Assembly (NCBI GenBank): GCA_964016885.1
Contig: OZ024748.1
Location: 10,602,001 to 10,666,000, forward strand
From: Eledone cirrhosa
Lineage: Eukaryota
Direction of reading: 5' to 3'
Length of the DNA: 64,000 bases
Shown here: one piece after another, positions 10,432 to 23,400 of the stretch
Position numbering within the stretch: position 1 is the stretch's first letter
Layout of the letters: each line of letters starts with the position of its first letter
Program-made: the position numbers and the translations under genes
Notes under the pieces: generated by a model
Told to the model about the DNA's origin: nothing
Databases searched by the model: none
Seen by the model: the letters and a program-made list of their open reading frames with translations, nothing else

Positions 10432-13168
10432 CAATGTTGTCTCTGGGCAACTTGTGGATTGTCTCTGTTGACCACTGGCCACTGGTCTCTGCCCTCTCAG
10501 GCATTTTTGTCCATCGCTGTCTTTGACAGCACTTAGCTATTTTAATGGCTGTTCTAGCGATGAGTTTTCTCATTTTTATATGTATATATATATTTATGTA
10601 TAAGTTGTACCATTTACCACAAAAATAGCGATGTGAAAAAAATAAACGAACATACAAATTAATTAAACTATTGGACCGAGAAAACTGCTTATAAAAATAT
10701 TGAACAAGGTAAATGTATGTAAAATGGAGGTGTGACTTATCTACTAGTGCGACTTATACACAAATATATATGGTATTTTATTCCATGGTTACAGCTTGGT
10801 ATCAGATCAAAAAAAAAAAAGGAATAATTATTTCTTTATTTTAACTTTTTTCTTTTCTTTTTTTTCCCTCTTTTGTAAAAAAAAACGAAGATAAAACAAA
10901 AAAAAACAACAAAACAGCAAAATCTTAAAAAAAATTTAATAACTATGATGATGATAATGATAATAATAATGATGATAATAATAATACTGGATTGGTAGTA
11001 TCGGCAGAGCGTCGGACAACATACTTTGCGGCATAGAGTTACATTCTGAGTTCAAATACCACGAAGGTTAGCTTTGCCTTTCATCCTTTCGGGGTTGATA
11101 AAATAAAGCATCAGTAATACACTGGGGGTCAATTTAATTGACTTTCCCTTCCCCTTCAAATTGCTGGCTTTGTGCCTAAATCAGAAACCATTGTTGTTAT
11201 GTGTTGTAAAGAGGGACTGAAAGTGTTGGCTTCAGGAAAGGAGTCCGGCTGCAAAACATTGCCTCAAAATATCCCATCCAACCCATGCTAAATGACGGTT
11301 AGAAAATGATGACAATAAGGCAGTGATTTAGCAGAACCGGTAGAGCATCGAACAATGTGCTTTGCAATATTTAATTACAGCTCTTTACATTCATTCAGAG
11401 TTCAGACCACGTCAAAGTCAGCTAAGACTTTCATCCCCCTGGGATCGCTAAAACATAAGAGTACCAATTAATTACTGGAGGAATTAGGTGTGGGGGGGTC
11501 TGTCTAATCGGCTCTACTCCCACCCACCCCTTACAGAAATAATAGGCCTTGTACCTAAATTAGAAACCATTATTATTATTATTATTTATCGGTAAAGCGT
11601 CAGACATATGCTTTGCAGCATAGAGTTGTGGCCCTTTATGGTCTGAGTTCAAATCCCACCGAGGTTAACTTTGCCTTTCATCCTTACGGGGTCGATAAAA
11701 TAAAGTACCAGTAATGCACTGGGGTTGATTTGCTCGACTTTTCCCTCTCCCCCCAAAATTGCTGGCCTTGTGCTTAAAGTAGAAATAACAATTATTATTA
11801 TTATTCTTATTATTATCATTATAATACATCAAAAATTTATTTTGTTTAAATAATATATCATATATATATATATACATATAAATATAAATCTGTCCCTGAG
11901 GCTTCTCCCAGTTTGTGATAATATAATAATGTTTTTTTTCTTTGTTTTACGGGGTTTATTTTTTTAATGTAACCAAGTAAAAATTTGTTATTTTTATCAT
12001 AATCATTGTTCCAAACAAAGAAATATAAATGTACATTGGTGTTCGTTTTTTGTATGTTTTTTTTTTTTTTTATAATTTACATGGCTTTTCCGCTATATCA
12101 AATATTAATACAGGTGAAAACTTTCCAATCAAATTTTTATTCATGTTTTTTTTTATTCTTTATTTTGTTGTTATTATACAAATTGAAAAAACTGTTGTTT
12201 TCCACCAACCCTGTCCACACTGTAATGTGGTCGTGTAGGTGACATGACAAAAAAATACCCAACACATTGTAAATGTGGTTGGCATTAGGAAGGGTATTCA
12301 GCTGTAGAAACCAAGCCAAAATCAGCCCCAGGTGAGCAAAACATGGTCCTCTGACCTGATTCTCTCCCAAAGGGTCAACCCGTCCTACCCATGCTAGCGT
12401 GGAAAATGGACATTAAACGATGATGATGATTTGATGTATCCATTTAGTAAATTTCACTCCACTTGATTTGATATAGATTGTTAAACGAAATGGATCACCA
12501 GGCCGGTGCTGATACAGTTTCTGTGGCATTAAGTGATTGAGAGTACAAGACTCTCCCAGGACAGGAAGCTAGTCTATCGCAGGTTTAACTCTCCAGCTAC
12601 TGCCGGTACTCACTCTCATCCAAAGGCTCATCAGGCCGATGCTTACTCCTAGTGTCTTTGGCGTTAACTGACTGAGTGTACAAGACTCTTCCAGGACAGG
12701 ATGCTAGTCTATCACAGGTTTAACTCTCCAACTACTGCCGTACTCACTCTAAGCCAAAGGATTCTGCCCCAACAACAACCCTCTCAGGAATAAGTGGGCA
12801 AGGAAGAAGAAGTAAAATGTTTTGGCTAATTTTAGCCACTACAACTAAGAGAAATTTCAGTTAACCTTTTTGTGGATATTTTTCTCACAAGATTAGATAC
12901 TGCTTTTGTGGTTTAATTATCAAAATAGTCAAGAATAGAGGAAATTTATTATTATTATATTTTAAATAACAAAATATCTTTATTTACAGAAATATTTATA
13001 CAAAGCAATAAGGAAATAAAAAGAATTATATTAGGTTTAGTGAAACAACTTTCAAATTTTTTCCACATAAGAAATGGTTTATTTGGCTAGTTAGTGGAGG
13101 TAATATCTATTTTGGGGCATTCCTTACAGAGTTGATCACCTTGGATTAAGGTAAATGGTGTTTACCTT

Positions 13169-13490
13169 TACTCTCAGGTCCCAAATAATAGGGATGTGGT
13201 GGAATAAGGGAGGGAATTGGGAAATCGGTAAACTTTTATGTTGCCTTCGTTGATTTTTTAAAAACCAGAATTGGTCGTTTAGTTTACATATTGAGACCCC
13301 AACCTATCCTATTTACTTTATAGCGTATGGGATTTCTGGTAATATACTTTTTTTGCCGTGTATAATTTTTTTTTAAATAAAGGAAATTAATTGTCGCAGG
13401 AATGCTATCACTTAAAATAAAATTCTGCCGGAGATAGATTAGCAAAATTTAATAAGTGGGGAGGTGGGGCGATTATTCAAGACCCGAGAG
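13169..13490. mobile_element. Non-autonomous DNA element; inverted homolog at ~1663-1940
   Basis: About 180 bp clearly align in opposite orientation (e.g. AATAGGATGGGTTGGGGTCTCAATATGTAAACTAAA); imperfect TIRs CTCTCAGGTC..GACCCGAGAG. Confidence 0.65.
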
Positions 13491-14282
13491 CACGCTTATT
13501 GTATAAAAAGTAATAATATTTAAATGAAACAAAAAGGGTGGGGGGGGGTCAAGCAATGAAAAAAAGGGACAGAACCTACATCCCAGTTTGAGCGGTGATT
13601 CGGCCGTGTCCCAAATATTTAACTAATGAAATCCCCTAATTTTGTGGTGGATTTGCGGTCGGAGTTCAAATCCCGCCGAGGTTAGCTTTGCCTATCATCC
13701 TTATGGGGTTGATAAAATAAAGTACCAGTCACGCACTGGGGTCGATTTAATCGACTTCTCCCCTCAAAATTGCTAACCGTGTGCCCAAATCAGTTGGCAG
13801 TATCGGTAGAGGGTTGGACATGCTTTCCAGCATAGTTACGTCCCTTTATGATCTGAGTTCAAATCCCTTTAAGATTAACTTTGCCTTTCATCCTTACAGG
13901 GTCGATAAAATAAAGTACCAGTGATGTACTGGGTAATTGCTGGCCTTGTGCCAAAAGTAGAATCAATTATTTAGCAGATATCTATGAGATTTCAGTCCAA
14001 GGTTTAAACTTAAATTTGAACAATTTTACAGAGATGGTTTCGGGCGGGTTTGTGTTTCAAATTGCTAGGCTGATGAGGTCCAATAAGACTGAAATATGTT
14101 TTCCTTCATTAACCAAGAAATAAATTTCAATTAAGTCAGCATTCCTGCATATGTCATTGCACACAACATCCAGCTTTAACACCCGTCCCTCTTTCTCTCT
14201 TCATGTATTTCTTTCATTCTCTCAGTACACATATATGCATTCATACAATTGTGTGCTTCTCTCTCTCTGCACATATATGCAC

Positions 14283-14329
<47 letters not shown>

Positions 14330-15132
14330 AGTGTGCATATATGATTATGACATTCTTCCTCTCTTTCTCTTCGTACTCATTATACATATATTAGGAGTAT
14401 ATGTGTATAATTACTCTTTGTACATACATATGTATGTAAGCTCCTTCTCCCCTCTCTGTCTCTATCTATCACACACAGTTAAATGTGAGTGTGTGTGTGT
14501 CGCTCCCCCTCTGTCTTTCTCTCTCTGCATCCTTCTGTGTATCCTATCTCTCTCCCTATCTTTATTTCGATTACTACAAGAAGAATTATAAGAGATGCGA
14601 ATAATGAATGACTAGGTGGGAGGAAGGGGAGTCAACAGAGTTGAAGGATGGAGAAGGAAAAAGACTGTAGTCGTAGTAGAAAAGGATATAAAAGAATGAA
14701 GGAGAGGTAAAGACGAGAGAAAAGGGAGGAGTGGATGGATGGAGAAAGTAAAAGGTGATAGAGAGTAAGATAAATGATAGTGTGAAAGATAAGGAAAAAG
14801 CACAAAAGTAATAGAGAGTAAGAGAGATGATATAACTTAAGATGGGGAGGAGAGTTAACATGAGGAAAGAAGAGAGAGGGATGGAGAAAGATAAGATAAA
14901 AGCACTAAGTAATAGAGAGTAAGGAAGAAGGGGAGGAGAGTTAACATAAGGGAAGAACAAGGAGGCGGAGTGATGGAGAAAGATAAGATAAAGATAGGAG
15001 GAGTAGTAGGAGACGAAAGGGATTAGTAAATGACTAAGTAATGGTTGAAAGGGAGGGACGAGAGAGAGAGAAAGCCGCTTACGTATTCTCAGCAAATCTA
15101 GCAATTGCTCGGTCGTCTGCCTAGAAATGATA

Positions 15133-15352
15133 ATGGCTGACGATGAAGATAAAACACCATTATTGACTGGAGCAGGGACATATGCCATCGATGATCCTCG
15201 TGATAAAATCAGATATTTGTATGAAAGTGGTAATTTAGGCTACGTTAATGGCAACGACAATAGAATCACTGCAAACAGGAGTCCGCTGCCATCGTCTGTG
15301 GCCGCTGACAAGATTGTTACCATCTTTGTGGTTACTTTTGATACGAGATCAG
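15133..15352 (+). CDS. DENND11: DENND11 exon 1
   Basis: [11 protein letters not shown]...[13 protein letters not shown]|gtaagt. Confidence 0.9.
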
Positions 15353-15660
15353 GTAAGTTTGTGTATAATAATAATAACATAACAACAACAACACATACAC
15401 AGTGTGTCATACATATATACCACACACGTACGTATCTACATATGTACATAATACTGTGTGTGTGTGTGTATATAACAACAACACGTACACACTATGTCAT
15501 AGATAAATACATACCACGCACATATATATATATTCACATGTATATGTATTTGTGTATAATAACTGTTTCTACATTTGGCACAAGGCCAGCAACAACATAC
15601 ATATTGTGTCATAATACATATATAAAACACACATACGTATTCATATGACCCTCCCAAATA

Positions 15661-15700
<40 letters not shown>

Positions 15701-17229
15701 CAATATATTAACAAATGGAAACTATATTTATAAAACCATATTTATTTTATTATACATACTTCAAGGGCCACCAAGGCAAATTATGGTGCGCTTTCATCAG
15801 ATAAAATACAATACAGATTTGTTTTATAAATAAATATTGACATACCCTGAAAAAAGACAACCTTAACGGTTGGAGCTTCCTGGATAGTTTGAGATATTAC
15901 ATTTATTGAGGGTGATAGAAAATTATCTTTCTAGCAGGGAAAGCGCGGGTTATGATGATATATATGTGTGACCGTATGTATGTGTAAGGTGGTTGAACTG
16001 GTGCCACGGCAAAAGACACACAGTCCAGTCTAAGGTGGTTGTTGAGTGCTTTATATCAGTTATAAAAATGTTTAAGCTTGTTGAATCCCAACAAATTAGA
16101 TAATATATATATACAGGGTGTTCTCAAACATGTATACACAAAGAGTGTGTGCATTCTAATAAATATTGCCTGTAGAGGTAACCAAAGTGTGTATACATTT
16201 TTGGGACACTCTGTATATATATATATATATATATTAGTTTCTTGAAACATTCGGTAATGAAATAATTATATTGTGTTGTTTATTATGTAATTATAAATAA
16301 ATATATATATGTATATATACATATCTATATATGTGTGTGTGTATATATATATGTGTGTACATGCTGTTATGCAAACGTAGCTGACATTTCTCGTTAGAAA
16401 CTCGTATAATTCCATAACATAACATAACATCACTGCTACTGCTACATCCTTCTTCCATTCATCGTCTGATGATTATATACACACCTCTTTTTACTTGATC
16501 AGCCTATTACACACTGTCTGTTGTATACCTGATACTTTACATACCTGATGACATATGCATACACACCTATTATCCTATATATATATATATATATACACAC
16601 AGTTCAAGAGTAACCAATCTTAAAGAGAGAGATGGAGATATGAGAGGAGAAGCGTAAAGGCATGTGCTCAATGTGCAATATGTAGTAGAAGGCAGCTAGG
16701 TGGCCGGGTTCATGCAGAAGTTAGATGCGCAGAGCTGGAAATATTCATTAGTTAAGCAAAACAAGACCACGAATTTCACTTGGAAGACATTATTAAAAGA
16801 TTGTCAACATATTTTAGTTTGATGTAAGGAATGTAGAGAATAATGTCCGTTTACAATTGTTTCGCTACTCCATATAATATGTTGACAATCTTTTAATAAT
16901 GTCTTCCTTGTGAAATTTGTGGTCTTGTTTTGCTTAACTAATGAGTATATATATATATTATATATATATATATGTGTGTGTGTATGGATATATATATCTC
17001 ATACGTAAATGTCTTGTTATCCATACTGCAACATACGATGATGTAAATATCTGTCATGCTGTATGTATGTGTGTATGTATGTATGTATGTATGTATGTAT
17101 GTCACGACATACAATAATATACATGTCTGGCATAGTATATACACCAAACAATGATACATTTATGCTATATATGATATACAAAATTATACACTTATTCTAA
17201 TAATAGCGTGTATACATGTTTGGGACATC

Positions 17230-17295
<66 letters not shown>

Positions 17296-17382
17296 TATAC
17301 TATATATGTATATATATATGTGTGTGTGTGTGTTATACTATATATGTGTGTGTGTGTTATACTATATATGTATATATATATA

Positions 17383-17425
<43 letters not shown>

Positions 17426-20400
17426 TTGTTTTACGCCCACTTTGACACACCTACAAATATGTCAGGGATGTATATTTTATATCCCAACATAGAATATACA
17501 TACCTGACACATTTATTTACAGCTGTTGTAGTAATTGTGTATACCATATTGCAACATATAGACATGTATTCATAATTGTTCTAATATATAAACATATGTA
17601 TGCACACAGGCTGTGCATTCTAATAAATATTGCTTGTAAAGGAATCAAAGTGTGTACACATTTTTTTGGGACACCCTGTATATATGCTGAACATGTATAT
17701 AGCATACCGCAAGATAAGATAATGTTACATACATACTTGTTATATTATTTGATAATGATCATAGTTTAAAGTCTGTTTGCCATGTTTGCATGGGTTTGAT
17801 AGGTTGTCACGATATGAGGCCGGACAGGTGAGGTGACCACACCTTTGCTTGGCTTTCTACTTCTGGATGCCCTTCCTAACACCAACCACCTTAGACTGGA
17901 CTGTGTGTCTTTTGCCGTGGCACCAGTTCAACCACCTTACACATACACACACAGTCACACTTATATATATCATCATCATAACCTGCACTTTCCCTGCTAG
18001 TAAGTTTTGGACGGTCTACATAGACCAAGTCATTACTGAAGCAGGGCTACTAACCTACCTGACAGGCCGAAGGATCTGCATCTCGCTTACATATGGTCTC
18101 TCGTTCTACCGAGTGCACAGGAGAGGTTGTCATGCCTTTGACACAACTGAAGGGTCCTTCCAACTCTTTGTTTAGCAAGCTTTCTATGGCTGGATGCTCT
18201 TCCTTTCACATATGTATATATATGTGTGTGTGTGTAGATAACAGGGTAAAAAGCTGCCAGTCCACGCTGTAAATGTGGTTGGTAGTTAGGAAGGGCATCC
18301 AACCGTAGAAAACCTGCCAGCTATACGAGCGAGACATGGTCACCCAACCAATCTTCCCTCAAGTGGGACAATTCCTGTCTAACCCATTCCAGCGTGGAAG
18401 ATAGACGTTAAACGATGATGATATACACCTGACCATAACATAATAACATATCATACTGTAATATGTCATCATATACACCTCAACATATTATATATACTAT
18501 ATAGCAATATACAATATTATACATATCTGATGTTCTATATATCATACACTATACCGAAAAACACCATACACACATTTGCTCAACCATAAATTTCGTACAT
18601 TACAACATACATTAATATACACACCAAACATAGTATATACACTCTACTGCAACATATAATAATATACATTCTTGCAATATTGAGGTAGTGTTGGTACCAC
18701 AATAAAATGTACCCAGCTTGCTCTGTAAAGTGGTAGTGCTGGTACCACGGAAAAATGCACCCAGCCTGCTCTGTAAAATTGTAGTGCTGGTACCATGATA
18801 AAATGTACCCAGCCTGCTCTGTAACGTTGTACTGGTATCATGATAAAACACTCCCAGCCTGCTCTGTAAAGTTATAGTGCTAGTACCACGATAAAATGCA
18901 CCCAGCTTGCTCTGTTTGATGAAAAGCATCCTATCTGGACTGTAAGGTGGTAGTGCTGGTGAAAGCGATTTTTATTGGAAGATGGTAGTGCTGATGCCTC
19001 AATAAAAAGCATCCAGTCCACTCTATAAAGTAGTAGTGTTTGTAACACAATGAAAAGCACTCAGTTCACTCTGTAAAGTAATAGTGTTTGTGCCGCAATG
19101 AAAAGCACCTAGTCCATACTGTAAGGTGGCAGTGCTGGAGTTACAATAGAATGCTCACAGTACACGATGTAGGGTTATTGATGTTAGGAAAGGCATCCAG
19201 ACATAGAAACCATGCCAAAAAATGGAAGGTATAAGCAAGATGTAGTCACCTGACCAGTATGTAACAACTCAGCTAACCTATGCAATCATCAAAAATAGAT
19301 GTATGTATGTAACATTTCAGATGCTAGTCCTTCATCGGAAGAGAGTATGTTTGGTAGAGAGAAGTCAAAGGAAGATAGATGAGCATAAAAAAGAAAACAG
19401 GGAAATCAGTAAAGAGGAGAGAAGCACATGTTTTTGTTATTCAGCCATCATGGAAAAAAATTACCTATTTGTATATATGTAAAGTGGTCATGTAGGTATC
19501 ACAACACAAAGCACCCAGTACACACTGTAAATGTGGTTGGCTTTTAGAAAGGGCATCCAGCTGTAGAAACTGAGCCAAAATCAGTTCTGTATGAGCAAAA
19601 CAATTTCCTCCAACCTGGTTTGCCTCACAACAGAGCATGGTAGCATTGAAAATGGACGTTATATGATGATGATTATTTATCACCTTCCACCTGCCAGTAT
19701 ACTCCTGAATTTCCTGCCAGCGTGCCCCTGATTCCCTTCTCTACTCTAAACCTGAAGAAGTAGAAACATGAAACATCTCTCAGGTCTTTACCTGCTAGTA
19801 TACTCCTTTACTCCTGATTTCTATGCCCAATCCATGCTAGCATGGCCTGCTTCGGATGGAACAGGTCAGATGACTATATGTTGATTATATGCCCTTCCTA
19901 ACACTAACCACTTTATGGTGTGAACCAAGTGCATTTTATCATGACACCACCACTACCATCTGACACTCACACATATACATGTCATGTGATTGTGTAGGTG
20001 TCACGACAAAAAGCATCCAGCACGCACTGTAAATGTGGTTGGTATTAGGAAGAGCATCCAGCTCTAGAAACCAAGTCAAAATTAGTTCTGTATAAGTAAG
20101 ACATGCTCATTTGACCTGGCTGGTCTCACAACAGGACACCTTGTCTAATCCATGCTAGTGTGGAAAAATGGACGTTAAATGGTGATGATGATGATGATAT
20201 ATATATATATACTAATGTATGAGTCGGTGCTCCAGTGTTTTTGCGTCCACGCCGCTTACCGGCGGACAAATTAAAAGCAGCACGGTCCGAGTTCGACCAT
20301 ATGCTGCAGCTGGGCATTATTCGCCCATCTATGAGTCCTTGGGCTTCACCATTACACATGGTGCCCAAGACTTCTGGCGACTGGAGACCCACTGGGGATT

Positions 20401-23400
20401 ATAGGAGGTTAAATACTATGACCGTCCCGGATAGGTATCCCATTCCCCATCTCCAGGATTTCGCATCTTCATTGCAGGGGTGTAAGATTTTCTCAAAACT
20501 AGATTTAGTGCGAGCCTACCACCAAATTCCGGTCAGGAAGGAGAATATTCCGAAAACGGCGATTACAACTCCTTTCGGATCCTTCGAATTTTTGACCATG
20601 CCTTTCAGACTCAGGAGCGCCGCTAGCACTTTTCAGCGGTTCATAGACGAAGTCACTTGTGGCCTGGACTTCGTTTATGCTTACATAGACGATATTCTCG
20701 TCGCTAGTTCCTCTCCGGAAGAGCATATGCGCCACATGCATCTCTTATTTCGGCGACTTCAGGATTACCGCGTTCGTGTGAATCCCGCAAAGTGTGTTTT
20801 CGGTTCCACTTCGCTAAATTTTTTAGGCCACCTCATCGACGCCAAAGGTATTAGGCCGCTCCCTCAGTGAGTTCAAGCCATACAGGATTTACCTCCGCCT
20901 ACTGCGCTTCACCAGTTGCGTTACTTCTTAGGCCTAATCAATTTCTATAGGCGTTTTGTTCCTCATTGTGCTAATTTGTTATCTTCCCTTACTGACACTT
21001 TGAAAAATCGTCGTAAGAAGAATGAAGATATTTCCTTGACACAAGGACAGCTTCAAGACTTATAGACTGCCAAGACAGCACTCGCTAGTTCATCTTTGCT
21101 AGCCCACCCGGTACCAGAGGCCAAGCTTTTGCTTTGTGTTGATGCATCTGATACCACTGTGGGAGCAGTTTTACAGCAGTACAACGCTGGAAACCAACAA
21201 CCTTTGGCATTTTTCTCAAGGAAGCTGAAACCAGCAGAAACGTGTTACAGCACGTTTGGTCGGGAATTATTAGCCATATATCTGTCAGTGAAACATTTCT
21301 CTCATATTCTTGAGGGGAGAAATTTTACTGTTTTAACCGACCACAAACCGTTGACCTTCGCTTTGAGGGCTAAAGCCGACAGATATTCACCCAGAGAGAC
21401 AAGGCACCTGGATTATGTTTCGCAATTTACAAATGATATCCAGCACGTTACTGGCTCACATAACATAGCTGCAGACGCATTGTCACATTTGCCAATCAGC
21501 TCCATCTCGTCATCCCAGGAGATCGACTTAGGTCGTTTAGCGGCAGACCAACCTGCACTCCAATCGTTGGATACTCTTTCTGCCGAATTTGCGACTTGCA
21601 TCTTCAAATATCTGCCCTTGTCGACGACCGACAGGCAGATTCTATGTGATGTATCTATGGATTCATCACGACCATTTGTTCCTGAGACTCACCATCGAAT
21701 TGTGTTCCTTGCTTTGCACAGCATTTCTCACCCAGGAATTTCTGCCACAGTAAAGCTTATAATGGCTAGATTTTTCTGTCCCAATATGAGGCTAGAAATT
21801 ACTGTCTGGTGCTGTTCCTGCACACAGTGTCAGAGATCTAAATTCCACAGACATATCCAGACTCCACTTGGTACTTTCAGTACTCCAGATGCTCGGTTTC
21901 AACACATCCACATTGATATCGTTGGACCTTGGCCATTCAGCAGTGGATATTCGTACCTCTTGACCTGTATCGATCGTTTTTCGCGATGGCCTGAAGCCAT
22001 CCCCTTAAAAGATATAACTGCTGAGACTGTAGCGCGTGCCCTCGTATCAGGGTGGATTACCCGCTTTGGGGTACCAACTACAGTCACCACAGACTGTGGT
22101 AGACAATTTGAGTCTCATCTCTTCTCTGAGCTCACAAAGATCATTGGCGCTCAACGGATTCGGACCACAGCCTATCATCCTGCTTCAAACGGAATGGTGG
22201 AACGATTCCACTGCCAATTAAAGGCCGCTTTTCGCGCCTATCCAGACTCTCAACGTTGGAGCGAGTACCTTCCTATTATGTTGTTAGGAATTCGGTCATC
22301 AATAAAGGAGGACCTTGGGTTCTCCCCGGCCGAATTACTGTATGGTGCTCCTCTAGCATTGCCTGGGCAAATGCTGGCCCCTGTTGATCTTGCTTTCCAG
22401 GACCTTGTTTCCTACGTATTTCAGGACTTACCGCCCATGAATACTAGGAAACAAACTATTAAAGCTGCAGTCCCGAGGGATATTGCCTCGTGGACACATG
22501 TATTCGTCAGACAACCGTACTCTGGACCCTACCGTGTGTTAGCACGTACTGACAAACATTTCACTGTAGACATTAAGGGGTCCAGAGAGACAATTTCGGT
22601 GGATAGACTAAAAAGGGCATACAATGACGCTTATACACCCAAGCCACAAATACCCCAATCTTTCTCTCTTGTGCATACACCTGCTCCTTCTGCCCCACCT
22701 TCACCTACATACAAGACCACGACCAGTTCCGGTCGAAGAGTCCCACTGGCCCAAAAAATTCTGCAAAACTGTTTTCATGTGAACTGGCCACTGGAGCATT
22801 TTTTTTTTTGTTTTTCTCTTTATTGTATTACCATGTACCTTTTCGTTACCATTTCATGTCTGTGCTGGGAGCCCATGCTTGTGGGTTCGCTACAGTTACC
22901 TTCGGGCTTTTCGCCTAGCATCTGTAACTCAGCACATATAGGAGTTACATCCCTTTGTGACAGTCATGACTCCCAGTAGCAGATACATATAGGAGTTGCG
23001 TCCCTTTGTGACGGTCGCAACTCCCAGCGGCAGATCCATGTACTAAATGGAGTTGCATCCCCCTGGAGACTATATATTTGAGAACGTGAGGCAATTCTCT
23101 CTCACTTCCTTCGCCCGCAACAAGAACACCTCAGACCTTGTCAAGAGATGACTCCTATCTCACTTCCTGCGACGGCAGCCTAAAGAAACACTTGAACCTT
23201 ACCAAGAGAAGATTTCTGTTCTTCTCCACACACTCCAGTCTGGGAGTTGTGACCAACTGACCATCAACATTTGGTAACAATTATTCATATCAAGTAAAAC
23301 CATGTCTCTACACTCACCTGCAACTATTGTCATTCATAAATATATATATACACTGATACTAATATCCTAAATTTTACTAAATGGAGTTGCGTCTGTGAGT

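Noticed and set aside
14586-15188. 200-aa hydrophobic minus-strand ORF
   Set aside because: Reverse translation of a GA-rich low-complexity tract
20868-20870. Programmed readthrough in Gypsy pol
   Set aside because: Likely CGA>TGA decay inside pol; a second stop follows at ~21063
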